From an uncultured Syntrophomonadaceae bacterium (GTDB lineage Bacteria > Bacillota > Dethiobacteria > DTU022): a stretch of 41,850 nt of DNA. Positions 8,403-16,929 of this stretch are shown here, piece by piece; within the stretch, counting starts at the first letter, position 1, and each line of letters opens with the position of its first letter. The stretch lies in assembly GCA_964345455.1 (NCBI GenBank), contig CAYFRE010000004.1, positions 1 through 41,850 on the forward strand, read 5' to 3'. The notes under the pieces are model-generated. The model saw nothing but the letters and a program-made list of their open reading frames with translations, searched no databases and had not been told where the DNA came from. The translations under genes were made by a program, and so were the position numbers.

Positions 8403-9875
8403 CTACGACTCAAGCGGCAAAAGCCGCGGGCGCAGCGGCTCCATACCGTGATCTTGCTCCAGAAGATGTGCCGCCCGGAAAAGGATCTCTTCCCGGAAGG
8501 GCGCCGCCGTCAGCTGTACTCCCATGGGCAACCCGCCTGAGTCCAGGCCGTAAGGGACGGAGACGGCAGGCACTCCGGCCAGGGGTCCGGGAAAACTGAA
8601 GATGTCGGCATAGTGCAAAGCCACGGGATCATCTACCTTTTCCTCCAGCTTGAAAGCCGTCGTCGGAGTAGCCGCTCCCAGCAGGAGATCGAATCGCTTG
8701 AAGGCAGATTCGTAATCACGGCGGACCAGGGTGCGCACGCGCATCGCCTGGGCGTAATAGGTCTCGTACTGCTTCTCGCGCAGGATATGTGTCCCCAGGA
8801 GGATACGCCGTTTCACTTCCAAACCAAAGCCTTCACCCCGCGACCGGCTGTACATTTCGGTTACATTCTCCCCCGCCGCGCTGCGGCCGTATCTGACTCC
8901 ATCGAAGCGGCCGAGATTGGAGGCCACCTCGGCGGCGCTGATCAGGTGATATGCTTCCAGGCTGTGGCCGGCATGCGGCAGGGTAACTTCTTCTATGATA
9001 GCCCCGTTTTCGGCAAAGCTTTTGGCGGCTTTATGTACCGCGGCAACGATCTCCGCGTTGAAATGCTCCGGCATGTTTTTAGCCAACAGCCCCACGCGCA
9101 GCCCCTTGACCCCTTTTTGCAGTGCAGATATATATCGGGCAACAGGTTCGTCCGACGAAGTGGCATCAGCCGGATCTGCGCCTGCGATGAGCTCCAGCAG
9201 CAGCGCGGCATCGGCTGCGGTCAGGGCCAAAGGACCGGCCTGATCCAGTGACGAGGCCATCGCGATGAGCCCCGCGCGGGATACCCGGCCGTAAGTAGGG
9301 CGCAAGCCCACGAGGCCGCAGAAGGCGGCCGGCTGGCAGATCGAACCCCCGGTATCCGAACCCAGCGCCAACGGCGCCATGCCGGAAGCAAGAGCTGCGG
9401 CGGAGCCGCCGCTGGAGCCCCCGGGGACCCGCGCCAGATCCCAGGGATTACGGGTGGGAAAAAACGCCGAGTTCTCTGTTGAAGAGCCCAGGCCGAATTC
9501 ATCAAGGTTAGTCTTTCCAAGAAGGGGCATGTCCGCGGCGCGGGCTTTCTTGACCACGGCGGCATCTTCCGGAGGAATGTATGCCTCGAGAAAGCGGGAG
9601 GCGCAGGTAGTCCGCACCCCACGGCTGCAGAAATTATCTTTAACCGCCAGAGGAACCCCGGCCAGGGGGTGCAGCGCTTCGCCGCGGCCTCTTTTCTCAT
9701 CAACCGCCGCTGCTTCGGCCAGGGCGGTTTCCGGTGTCCGGGTAATATAAGCCCGGACCTGCGGCTCCACCGCTCCGGCACGATCGATAAAGCTCTGCGT
9801 TACCTCCACCGCGCCGGCTTCTTTCTTCTGCAGTAGCCGGCTTAACTCCAGCGCCGTCATCTCAAAAAGTTCCAT
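8403..9875 (-). CDS. gatA: Asp-tRNA(Asn)/Glu-tRNA(Gln) amidotransferase subunit A
   Basis: Amidase signature GGSSGGSAAA and a Ser-cisSer-Lys family layout. Positioned between gatC and gatB. AAGGAG RBS. Confidence 0.95.
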   Translation of the reverse strand: MELFEMTALELSRLLQKKEAGAVEVTQSFIDRAGAVEPQVRAYITRTPETALAEAAAVDEKRGRGEALHPLAGVPLAVKDNFCSRGVRTTCASRFLEAYIPPEDAAVVKKARAADMPLLGKTNLDEFGLGSSTENSAFFPTRNPWDLARVPGGSSGGSAAALASGMAPLALGSDTGGSICQPAAFCGLVGLRPTYGRVSRAGLIAMASSLDQAGPLALTAADAALLLELIAGADPADATSSDEPVARYISALQKGVKGLRVGLLAKNMPEHFNAEIVAAVHKAAKSFAENGAIIEEVTLPHAGHSLEAYHLISAAEVASNLGRFDGVRYGRSAAGENVTEMYSRSRGEGFGLEVKRRILLGTHILREKQYETYYAQAMRVRTLVRRDYESAFKRFDLLLGAATPTTAFKLEEKVDDPVALHYADIFSFPGPLAGVPAVSVPYGLDSGGLPMGVQLTAAPFREEILFRAAHLLEQDHGMEPLRPRLLPLES

Positions 9876-9913
9876 CGAACCGCTCCTTTCGACGATTTGC
9901 CCGTTCGCCGCGA

Positions 9914-10228
9914 TTAAGCTTCATCCAGTGCATCCTCAGCGATGCGGGGAACGTAAAAATATTGCTCACGCCGGTTGCCCGTGTTTCCAAAGACAAGGTC
10001 CGGGCGCAGCGAAGGCTCCACCTCATCTTCCCGTAAGCGGAGCTGCAGCGCAGCCGGATGAACGGCAGGCTCGACCCCCGTTGTATCTATCTCTTGAACC
10101 TGACGCAATACTTTGATTGATGAATTCAACTGGCGGGCAATCTGTTCTTTTTCAGCGTGGTCCAGGTAGAGGCAGGCCAGGGTGCACAGCTCCTCCAGCT
10201 CCTGTTCAATTCCCGGTTCAGCAGCCAT
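9914..10228 (-). CDS. gatC: Asp-tRNA(Asn)/Glu-tRNA(Gln) amidotransferase subunit C
   Basis: 104 aa, first gene of the gatCAB order. Carries the GatC-like motif ...VD..GVEP..HP......LREDE. AGGAGG RBS. Confidence 0.9.
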   Translation of the reverse strand: MAAEPGIEQELEELCTLACLYLDHAEKEQIARQLNSSIKVLRQVQEIDTTGVEPAVHPAALQLRLREDEVEPSLRPDLVFGNTGNRREQYFYVPRIAEDALDEA

Positions 10229-10305
10229 GGTTAACGCCTCCTGTTCTTATCTAAAAATCCGGTGTAATATATGCAAATTTATCCGGTAAAGAAAATTTCA
10301 TCTGC

Positions 10306-10334
10306 ATTATACATCAACAGAGGCGATCTTTAAA
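10306..10334 (-). promoter_or_regulatory. candidate sigma-A promoter for gatCAB
   Basis: On the minus strand: TTTAAA (10334-10329), a 17-nt spacer, then TATAAT (10311-10306). It sits about 75 nt upstream of the gatC ATG. Confidence 0.4.
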
Positions 10335-10360
10335 GGGAGAGCCTGCAAAGAACCGCTCAG

Positions 10361-11284
10361 TCAATCGTTCAGGGGGTCGGGGTGCACGATGGCCCTGCAG
10401 TTGAATTTTTCTTCGAGCCTATCCTGAACCAGGTGTGTGATCTTGTGGGCCCGGTGCAGGCTGATGCTGTCAGCCACCCTGATATGCATCGTCACTGACT
10501 TGTGCATACCGTAGTCGTGAACCTCCAGGTCGTGCACATCGAGGACCCCTTCCACATCCAGCGCCTCTTTTTCAAGATTGCCGAGCAGATCCGAAGGGGC
10601 ATTGGTGCCAATAAGTTTATCGCCGGCATGGTAGGCGATCTCCCCGCCGGTGTAAATAATAAACCCGGCCACGAAAAAAGCGCTCACCGGATCAATCCAG
10701 CTGATTCTGAAGTAGCCGCCGCAAACCGCGATCAGAACAAGGACAGAGGTGAGAGCGTCACTCCGGTGGTGCCAGGCGTCGGCAATCAGCGCTTCCGAGC
10801 CGATCAACCTGCCGAGACTCCCGGTAAAACGATACATCAGCTCCTTGGCCAGGATCGATCCAAGAGCCACAAAGACAGCCACCAGGCTGGGCTGCATGGT
10901 AATTCCCCCGGCAAGGCGCCTGCAGGCATCCCAGATGAAGCCGATACCTACCCCGATCAAAGCCACGGCCACGGCCAATCCGACCAGGTATTCCACGCGC
11001 CCGTGACCGTAAGGATGTTTTCTATCCGGCCCCTTGCTTGATATTTTGAAGCCGATGATCACCACAACCGAAGTGACGATGTCAGAAGCGGTATGCACCG
11101 CGTTGGCCAGCATGGAAACGCTGCCGGTGGCCATGCCTACGGCAAATTTCAGCAGGGCCAATATGGCATTGCCGGTAATGCTGGCCCAGCCTCCGATATA
11201 CCCGAGACGCAATCTTTCCTGTGGCCGGCTGATATCCCTCCCGCCGGCCACGGCTTTAACCAGGGCCTCATCCAGTGATTTCAT
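10361..11284 (-). CDS. cation diffusion facilitator (CDF) family divalent-metal efflux transporter
   Basis: Six predicted TM segments. CDF motifs are present: SVSMLANAVHTASD, HPYGHGRVE and HH.SD in TM5. The C-terminal cytoplasmic domain reads V..VHDL.....G. Start is ATG 11284 (GAGGGA RBS). The ORF-track start at 11371 has no RBS. Confidence 0.9.
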   Translation of the reverse strand: MKSLDEALVKAVAGGRDISRPQERLRLGYIGGWASITGNAILALLKFAVGMATGSVSMLANAVHTASDIVTSVVVIIGFKISSKGPDRKHPYGHGRVEYLVGLAVAVALIGVGIGFIWDACRRLAGGITMQPSLVAVFVALGSILAKELMYRFTGSLGRLIGSEALIADAWHHRSDALTSVLVLIAVCGGYFRISWIDPVSAFFVAGFIIYTGGEIAYHAGDKLIGTNAPSDLLGNLEKEALDVEGVLDVHDLEVHDYGMHKSVTMHIRVADSISLHRAHKITHLVQDRLEEKFNCRAIVHPDPLND

Positions 11285-11402
11285 GATCAAAATTCCCTCA
11301 CTTAAGAAAAACGGCTTTTTGTCCCACCGGTTGGATAAGAGCCGACCGGCTGCTAAAAAGCCCGGCTTCACCGGTTACCCGGCAGCCTGTTCCCTATCAA
11401 TA
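11285..11402 (-). promoter_or_regulatory. structured ~115-nt 5' leader of the CDF gene (candidate metal-responsive riboswitch/attenuator, unproven)
   Basis: The minus-strand RNA reads GGGAACAG-GGCUGC[CCGG-GUAA-CCGG][AAGC-CGG-GCUU]GCAGCC-..CCGGU/ACCGG..-GGGACA-AAAAGCCGUUUUU. It shows nested helices including a GNRA loop, two mutually exclusive 5-bp pairings, and a U-run before the RBS. Confidence 0.3.
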
Positions 11403-11408
11403 TACTAT

Positions 11409-11437
11409 GCCGGGATGAGAAATTCAATCCAGAATTC
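11409..11437 (-). promoter_or_regulatory. candidate sigma-A promoter for the CDF gene
   Basis: On the minus strand: TTGAAT (11437-11432), a 17-nt spacer, then TATATT (11414-11409). Confidence 0.45.
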
Positions 11438-11601
11438 TTGAAAAGTAAATTATTGACTTCATAGCAATATACCGGTTGCCGCCATCCCTCTTACAGCGCC
11501 TCCCCTACGGGGAAAATAGGATTAACGCGGTCAAAGAGGTGACATCAATGGGCGCTGTCATAATAATAGACGGAGGCAGAGCCGGGGCTGCGGGATCACA
11601 G

Positions 11602-12315
11602 TTAAGGGAGCGCCGCAGCGGCGTTGACGAAGGCCTGGAAAAGGAGACTCGATGCAGGATGCTGCAAGGACTCCGGATGCCACTGCACCCCGATGAGAAA
11701 ACGGTGATCCGGATCTTCAAGAGCCTCGATCACCCCGTCCGGAGCGGCCGCCGCTTTTTTTAGTCCCGGGGCAATCGCGGCAGGGGCCTGGTGATGGTAG
11801 CTGTTGACCGCGAGGCGGCCCTCTCCCAGGAGATATGCCAGGCGGGTTTGCGGAAAGATCTCCACGGTATGCGAGGGATGAGTGCGGGGGGCCTTCTGCC
11901 GGTGCTGCAAACAACCCACCCTGCCAAGATCCTGGATCAGGGTCCCGCCCAGAACAACATTCAGCATCTGCAGGCCGCGGCAGATACCAAAAAGAGGCAA
12001 ACCCCGGACCAGCGCCGCCCGGACCAGAGCATACTCCCAGGCGTCGCGCTGCGGATCAACTTCATCGAGGTCCGGTTGAGGCTCCTCTCCGTAGTAGAAG
12101 GGAGCCACGTCGCCACCCCCGCTGAGCAGCAGGCCGTGCAGAGAACCAAGCAGGAGACCTGCAGCAACAGGCTCCAGAGGGGGCAGCAAAAGCGGGAGCG
12201 CTCCCGCCTCCTCGATCCGGCAGCTGTAGGTATAGGGCAGCCAGACCCGGCGGCGGTTGTAATTCCGGTTAACGGTAATCCCGATTAGCGGTCTCTGATG
12301 CGGTTTTCGGGTCAA
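11602..12315 (-). CDS. class I glutamine amidotransferase, gamma-glutamyl-gamma-aminobutyrate hydrolase (peptidase C26) family
   Basis: Nucleophile elbow GICRGLQMLNV, plus SYHHQA and GVQWHPE motifs. TTG start at 12315. Confidence 0.85.
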   Translation of the reverse strand: MTRKPHQRPLIGITVNRNYNRRRVWLPYTYSCRIEEAGALPLLLPPLEPVAAGLLLGSLHGLLLSGGGDVAPFYYGEEPQPDLDEVDPQRDAWEYALVRAALVRGLPLFGICRGLQMLNVVLGGTLIQDLGRVGCLQHRQKAPRTHPSHTVEIFPQTRLAYLLGEGRLAVNSYHHQAPAAIAPGLKKAAAAPDGVIEALEDPDHRFLIGVQWHPESLQHPASSLLFQAFVNAAAALP

Positions 12316-12337
12316 CGGCTCTCCCGCTCCTTCTGCA

Positions 12338-12371
12338 AATTAAAAACCGCCCCGGCCAAAAGAAGGCGGTT
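12338..12371 (-). terminator. rho-independent terminator after mazF
   Basis: On the minus strand, AACCGCC (12371-12365) and GGCGGTT (12351-12345) flank a 13-nt loop and are followed by TTTTTAATTT. Confidence 0.6.
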
Positions 12372-12400
12372 ATAAAAGAAAATTATTCCGGCAGTGGGTA

Positions 12401-12754
12401 CTAGAATTCTATCAGGCCAACGCTGATCCGCAGCGCATCATCAATCCTTACCATGATCCGATCATCCAGCTCGGTAATCTTTTTCTGCAACCGCTGTTTA
12501 TCGATTGTCCGGATCTGTTCGAGCAGAACTACCGAATCCCGATCGAGATTATACTCGGCAGCGTTAATCTCAACATGTGTCGGCAGCTTGGCCTTGTCGA
12601 TTTGAGAAGTTATCGCGGCAATAATGACCGTGGGGCTGTAGCGGTTGCCGACATCGTTCTGAATCACCAGGACGGGGCGCACCCCGCCCTGTTCGGAGCC
12701 GACAACAGGACTTAAATCTGCAAAAAATATATAGCCTCGTTTAACCTCCACCAT
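12401..12754 (-). CDS. mazF: type II toxin MazF/PemK (EndoA-type mRNA interferase)
   Basis: From ATG 12754 the product reads [40 protein letters not shown]...[15 protein letters not shown]. This is close to B. subtilis EndoA/NdoA as I remember it. The start lies 1 nt after the antitoxin stop. The ORF-track N-terminal extension is rejected. Confidence 0.92.
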   Translation of the reverse strand: MVEVKRGYIFFADLSPVVGSEQGGVRPVLVIQNDVGNRYSPTVIIAAITSQIDKAKLPTHVEINAAEYNLDRDSVVLLEQIRTIDKQRLQKKITELDDRIMVRIDDALRISVGLIEF

Positions 12755-12755
12755 T

Positions 12756-13028
12756 TCACTCTCCACTGACCAGCTCTTCCAGAATCCTGCCGGCCTCGTT
12801 TTCAGCGTAAACCGCCTCTTTGGAAAGAGCCAGGTTGATCTTGGCCATCTCGAGGTAGCCCTTCTGCATCCGTTCACGGATTTGCCTTTTTTTCCGCTCC
12901 TGCAGATACAGCTTCATCGCTTCGCGGATAAACTCACTGCGGGTTCTCTTTTCCAGCGCCACAATCCCGTCTACTTCCGTCAAGAGGTTTTGCGGCAAGC
13001 TAATCATGATCCTTTTTGTTTCCGCCAT
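12756..13028 (-). CDS. mazE: type II antitoxin MazE/EndoAI (ribbon-helix-helix, CopG family)
   Basis: [19 protein letters not shown]......R.RSE.I.EA...Y..ER........M.KGY.EMAKINL matches EndoAI. Start is ATG 13028. Confidence 0.88.
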   Translation of the reverse strand: MAETKRIMISLPQNLLTEVDGIVALEKRTRSEFIREAMKLYLQERKKRQIRERMQKGYLEMAKINLALSKEAVYAENEAGRILEELVSGE

Positions 13029-13165
13029 GATGCCAACTACCCCCTTCATTAGTAATATCAACCAGGCCGCATTGCTTCCATATGAGGTATTATACGGTTT
13101 CGTTTAATAGTTATGCAGCCTGCCCTGGAAAAAGAAGCCTAAAACCGGGTTGACTATAAGATATT

Positions 13166-14335
13166 TTAGCGCTCCTCCGCAAAGCGTCCCCGCCTCAGGT
13201 AGCAACGGGGCACCCTTTTACCGACATTGCATAGCAGCTCATAATTTATTGTCCCCAAAAGCTGCGCCACCTCTTCAACGGTAATGCGCTCAGATTCCTG
13301 GATCCCGTAAAGGACAACCTCGTCGCCCTCCGCCGCACCCTCGATACGGCTGACATCGATCATCATCTGGTCCATGCAGATGCGTCCGATAACCGGAGCC
13401 CGCCGGCCGCGCACCAGCACTTCGCTGCGGTTGGAGAGACGGCGGTGATAGCCATCGGCATAGCCGATGGGCACCGTTGCAATGATGGACCTTTCTGCCG
13501 TGCGGTAAGTCCGTCCGTAGCTGAGCGGCGTTTGCGGCGGAACCTCTTTGATAAAGACGATTTTGCTTTTCAGGGACATCGCCGGACGCAGCTTTACCGC
13601 TGCATGGTTTTGCATCCACGGCGCCGGGTAACAGCCGTAGAGAGAAATCCCGATCCGGACCAGGTTATATCGGGATTGCGGGAAAAGCAGGGCGGCGGCG
13701 CTGTTGGCGGCGTGACAAACAGGAGGAAATATTCCTTTTTCCCGGGCGGCGGCAATTACGCCGTCAAAAAGCTGCAGCTGGCCGGCGGTGTATGCCTTCG
13801 CGCTATCATCATCTTCATCGGCGGAAGATAAATGAGTAAAAATCCCTTCCAGTTTCAGGCCCGGCAGGCGGGATACGGCGGCGATAAATCCGGCGGCATC
13901 AGCCGGACGGACACCGATCCGCCCCATCCCGGTATCAATTTTCAGGTGTACCGGTAAAGGCTTCTCTACCGAAGCACACCGGCTGCTGAAAAGTTTGGCC
14001 TTCTCCAGATCGAAGAGAGCCGGTGTCAGGTTGTGTTTTAACAGAAGCGGCACGTCGGCAGGATCGGTACAGCCAAGCAGAAGAACCGGGACCTCAATCC
14101 CGGCCCGCCGGAGCTCCAGCGCTTCTTCAACCAGAGCTACCGCCAGGCAGGAACCCCCTGCCTGGCGGGCTGCCCGGGCCACCTCCACGGAACCGTGGCC
14201 GTAGCCGTCAGCTTTAACTACCGCCATGATCTGCACATCCGGACCGAGCAGCCGGCGAAATTCGCTCACATTATGCCCGATATTGTCGAGATTTATTTCC
14301 GCCCGGGTAGGCCGCAGGTGAGAAACGGGGCTCAC
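13166..14335 (-). CDS. alr: alanine racemase
   Basis: PLP-lysine motif AVVKADGYGHG, plus the C-terminal RICMDQ and ..NYE.... motifs. Start is GTG 14335, with GGGAG 7 nt upstream, giving about 389 aa. The ORF-track start at 14674 would overlap thrB by 190 nt and is rejected. Confidence 0.9.
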   Translation of the reverse strand: MSPVSHLRPTRAEINLDNIGHNVSEFRRLLGPDVQIMAVVKADGYGHGSVEVARAARQAGGSCLAVALVEEALELRRAGIEVPVLLLGCTDPADVPLLLKHNLTPALFDLEKAKLFSSRCASVEKPLPVHLKIDTGMGRIGVRPADAAGFIAAVSRLPGLKLEGIFTHLSSADEDDDSAKAYTAGQLQLFDGVIAAAREKGIFPPVCHAANSAAALLFPQSRYNLVRIGISLYGCYPAPWMQNHAAVKLRPAMSLKSKIVFIKEVPPQTPLSYGRTYRTAERSIIATVPIGYADGYHRRLSNRSEVLVRGRRAPVIGRICMDQMMIDVSRIEGAAEGDEVVLYGIQESERITVEEVAQLLGTINYELLCNVGKRVPRCYLRRGRFAEER

Positions 14336-14383
14336 TTCAACACTCCCATCATGGTTTCGGCTGCAAGAAAAAAAGTCAATCAG

Positions 14384-14410
14384 ATAATCAATACTCCGGG
14401 TATTGATTAT
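14384..14410. repeat. perfect 11-bp inverted repeat (ATAATCAATAC-tccgg-GTATTGATTAT) between thrB and alr
   Basis: Read directly from the sequence. On the minus strand it is followed after 9 nt by a T7 run (14374-14368). It could be an AU-rich terminator or an operator in front of alr. Confidence 0.5.
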
Positions 14411-14483
14411 TCTATTCAACAGTAGCAGCTTTATTCCTGCCGCAACCGTCTGCCAAAATTTATAGACTGTTCTGCGTGGCCGG

Positions 14484-15413
14484 TCACTCAGGCAGCAGGG
14501 AGGCGCCGCAGCAATCGGGGATAGCGGGAATGAGCCGGCAGCGGATCCCGGCATTGGCAAAAGCGGCCTGCAATGCGGCGGAAACCAACCCTTCTCTCGG
14601 ATCATTGTCTCCGCGCTCAAACCAGAAAGCGATGATCGAGGGTCCGGCGCCGCTGATTGCGGCACCGCCGGCACCGGCGCGGCGGGCTGCCGCCACTGCC
14701 GCTTCAGATCCCGGAATGAGGTGGTAACGGTAGGGCTGATGCAGCCGGTCTTCCGTGGCCCAGCTCAGAACATCCTCTTTTCCGGCAAGCAGGGCGGCGG
14801 CCAGGGCGGCGGCGCGGCCTGCATTGAAAACGGCATCGCTGTGCGTCACCTGCTCCGGCAATATGCGGCGCGCTGTTGATGTGGAAAGGATGATATCGGG
14901 CACCGCCAGCAGCAGGCGCAGCCCGGGGGCGGGTGAAGTATGATATGTGCGCAGCTCCCCCTGTTCGCGGCAGCTGATCACCATCCCCCCGTAAATCGCC
15001 GGCGCCACATTATCCGGATGTCCTTCCATCTGCACGGCCAGCTCCAGAATCTGCTCACGGCTGAGCGGATGCGGTAAAAATGCATTCGCGGCAACCATTC
15101 CGCCGACAATGGCGGCGGCGCTTGAGCCGAGCCCGGCGCCTATCGGGATCCGGTTAATCTGCCGCAACGCCCAGGGAGGAGGCTTCAATCCGGCAGCCTT
15201 GAAGAGAGCGCCGGCGGCCTGCAGCGAGAGGTGACTTTCATCCCGCGGCAGTGACTCCGCCCCTTCACCCTCGATCTGCACCTCGGGCCGGGGGCCCGCC
15301 GCAACGGACAGGGTCAACTCATTGAAAAACTGCAGTGCCAGGCCGATGGCATCAAATCCCGGGCCGAGGTTGGCGCTGGTGGCAGGCACTTTCACTCTTA
15401 CTTTCACGTTCAT
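14484..15413 (-). CDS. thrB: homoserine kinase
   Basis: GHMP kinase motifs: N-terminal VKVPATSANLGPGFD and the ATP loop PIGAGLGSSAA. Confidence 0.92.
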   Translation of the reverse strand: MNVKVRVKVPATSANLGPGFDAIGLALQFFNELTLSVAAGPRPEVQIEGEGAESLPRDESHLSLQAAGALFKAAGLKPPPWALRQINRIPIGAGLGSSAAAIVGGMVAANAFLPHPLSREQILELAVQMEGHPDNVAPAIYGGMVISCREQGELRTYHTSPAPGLRLLLAVPDIILSTSTARRILPEQVTHSDAVFNAGRAAALAAALLAGKEDVLSWATEDRLHQPYRYHLIPGSEAAVAAARRAGAGGAAISGAGPSIIAFWFERGDNDPREGLVSAALQAAFANAGIRCRLIPAIPDCCGASLLPE

Positions 15414-15432
15414 TTCCCGACCCCCGTCAACC

Positions 15433-15452
15433 GGGCGAGGCCCGCCTCGCCC
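15433..15452 (-). other. intercistronic GC hairpin between hom and thrB
   Basis: GGGCGAGG-cccg-CCTCGCCC, an 8-bp stem with a 4-nt loop and no U-tract. Possibly a processing, stability or attenuation element. Confidence 0.4.
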
Positions 15453-15486
15453 CTACACAAACTGACCGTTTTCTTCACCCTCCAAT

Positions 15487-16851
15487 TCATCCAGACAGGT
15501 ACCCGGTCCCTCCGTCCAGGACGCGGAAGACGCCGGGGTCCGGCTGAATTGCCGGCAGCCGGAGCGCCTTTTCCAGGGAGCGGTAAAAACGCTCCTCGGT
15601 GACATCGTGGGTCACCAGGACAATCTCGGCGATGCCGTTTGTTTTGCGTTTCTGAATGATCATATCCAGGCTGACCTCCTCTTCGCCAAACACGGTGGCC
15701 AGGGCGCCGAAAACCCCCGGAAGGTCCCGGGCCTGGAGCCGCACGTAAAAACGCGAGTCGATAGCGGAGAGGGGCAGCAGCTTCACATCCCTGACGCCGT
15801 TCGGATAGGGCCCGTTTTCAGTCCGGGCATGAAGCGAGCGCACGGCGTCGATAATATCGGCCACCACCGCGCTGGCCGTGGGGAGAGCGCCGGCGCCGCG
15901 CCCGTAAAACATAGCCTCACCTATGAGATCACCTTCGATAAAGAAGGCGTTAAACTCATCGTGAACCGAGGCCAGCGGATGTGTCAGCGGGACCAGCGCC
16001 GGGTGAACCCGCAAAGCCAGGCCGGCAGGCTGCTGCTCCCCGATGGCGAGAAGTTTGATCGTATAGCCGAACTCGCGGGCATAGTGAATATCAGCCCTGG
16101 TAACAGCGCTGATCCCCTGAATAGAGAGATCGTCGGGATCAACCGGGCAGTTGAAGGCGATCCCGGCCAGGATGGTCAATTTGTAAGCGGCGTCCCTTCC
16201 TTCAAGATCGTTGGAGGGGTCTGCTTCGGCAAAACCGAGTTCCTGAGCCCGGACCAGCGCCTCCTGAAAATCCATATCATCGAGGGACATCCGGGTGAGG
16301 ATATAGTTGGTGGTGCCATTGATGATCCCGATCATCCGTTTGATCCGGTTGGCCACGAGACAGTGTTTCAGGGGGCGAACCAGGGGAATGCCTCCACCGG
16401 CGCTGGCTTCATAGTAAATATTCCGCCCGCAGCGGTGGGCCAGCTGCAAAAGCTCCCGGCCGTGCCGGGCCATCAGATCTTTGTTGGCGGTAACAACATG
16501 TTTATTTTCTTTCAGCGCTGCGCTGATCAGGGTGCGCGCCGGCTCGATCCCGCCCATGAGCTCCACCACTACGCTGATCGAGGGATCTTTGATCACCGCA
16601 TCAGGATCGGCGGTATAGGTTTGTGCAGACAGCTCCACCGCCCGGCGGCGGGAAAGGTCCCGCACCAGCACCCGCTGCAGGGTTAATTTGATATCCGTCT
16701 TGTTGGCCAGCAGGCCGCCGTTGCGCTCGATGATCTCGGCCACACCGCCTCCAACCGTACCCATCCCCAGCATGCCGATCTTAACAGTTTCCCCAGAACT
16801 CAATCCCGGACTGCCCCCTTTTTCATATTTCCGCTCATTATACCATACCAT
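15487..16851 (-). CDS. hom: homoserine dehydrogenase
   Basis: NAD-binding G.LG.GTVGGGV, a central homoserine dehydrogenase domain and a C-terminal ACT domain. The true start is probably TTG 16803 (AAAGGGGG upstream) or ATG 16851. A terminator and an extended -10 box sit inside the longer ORF-track version (start 16896). Confidence 0.9.
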   Translation of the reverse strand: MVWYNERKYEKGGSPGLSSGETVKIGMLGMGTVGGGVAEIIERNGGLLANKTDIKLTLQRVLVRDLSRRRAVELSAQTYTADPDAVIKDPSISVVVELMGGIEPARTLISAALKENKHVVTANKDLMARHGRELLQLAHRCGRNIYYEASAGGGIPLVRPLKHCLVANRIKRMIGIINGTTNYILTRMSLDDMDFQEALVRAQELGFAEADPSNDLEGRDAAYKLTILAGIAFNCPVDPDDLSIQGISAVTRADIHYAREFGYTIKLLAIGEQQPAGLALRVHPALVPLTHPLASVHDEFNAFFIEGDLIGEAMFYGRGAGALPTASAVVADIIDAVRSLHARTENGPYPNGVRDVKLLPLSAIDSRFYVRLQARDLPGVFGALATVFGEEEVSLDMIIQKRKTNGIAEIVLVTHDVTEERFYRSLEKALRLPAIQPDPGVFRVLDGGTGYLSG

Positions 16852-16866
16852 CGGGGGCTTGTCCGG
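16833..16866 (-). promoter_or_regulatory. candidate promoter for hom-thrB (extended -10 TGGTATAAT)
   Basis: The minus strand reads ..CGGACAagcccccgatggtaTGGTATAATgagcgg. It follows the upstream terminator directly and lies about 30 nt before TTG 16803. Confidence 0.45.
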
Positions 16867-16875
16867 AAAGTGCTT

Positions 16876-16899
16876 AAAAAAACCGGTGCAGCGCACCGG
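16876..16899 (-). terminator. rho-independent terminator after the Cys-rich protein gene
   Basis: On the minus strand, CCGGTGC-gct-GCACCGG is followed by TTTTTTT (forward A-run 16876-16882). Confidence 0.7.
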
Positions 16900-16929
16900 C
16901 AGAACGAATTGTTGGTTTAAAAATACGAC

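Noticed and set aside
10229-10360. T-box or other leader upstream of gatC
   Set aside because: The leader is under 80 nt, with no specifier/T-box sequence (AANNNGGUGGNACC-like) and only a 4-bp CCGG stem.
13166-14674. 502-aa version of the alanine racemase ORF overlapping thrB
   Set aside because: The first ~110 residues are low-complexity, have no racemase homology and would overlap thrB by 190 nt. An RBS-preceded GTG at 14335 gives a normal-length Alr.
15607-16686. Long antisense ORFs opposite well-supported genes: 15607-16686 (+), 24101-25261 (-), 35277-36545 (+), 6987-7727 (+), 8613-9251 (+), 31244-32025 (+), 33736-34320 (+) and 20605-21144 (-)
   Set aside because: Each lies fully inside a gene with clear family motifs on the other strand. 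Their products are Arg/Gly/Pro-rich low-complexity strings without RBSs. This is the expected shadow-ORF pattern in GC-rich DNA.
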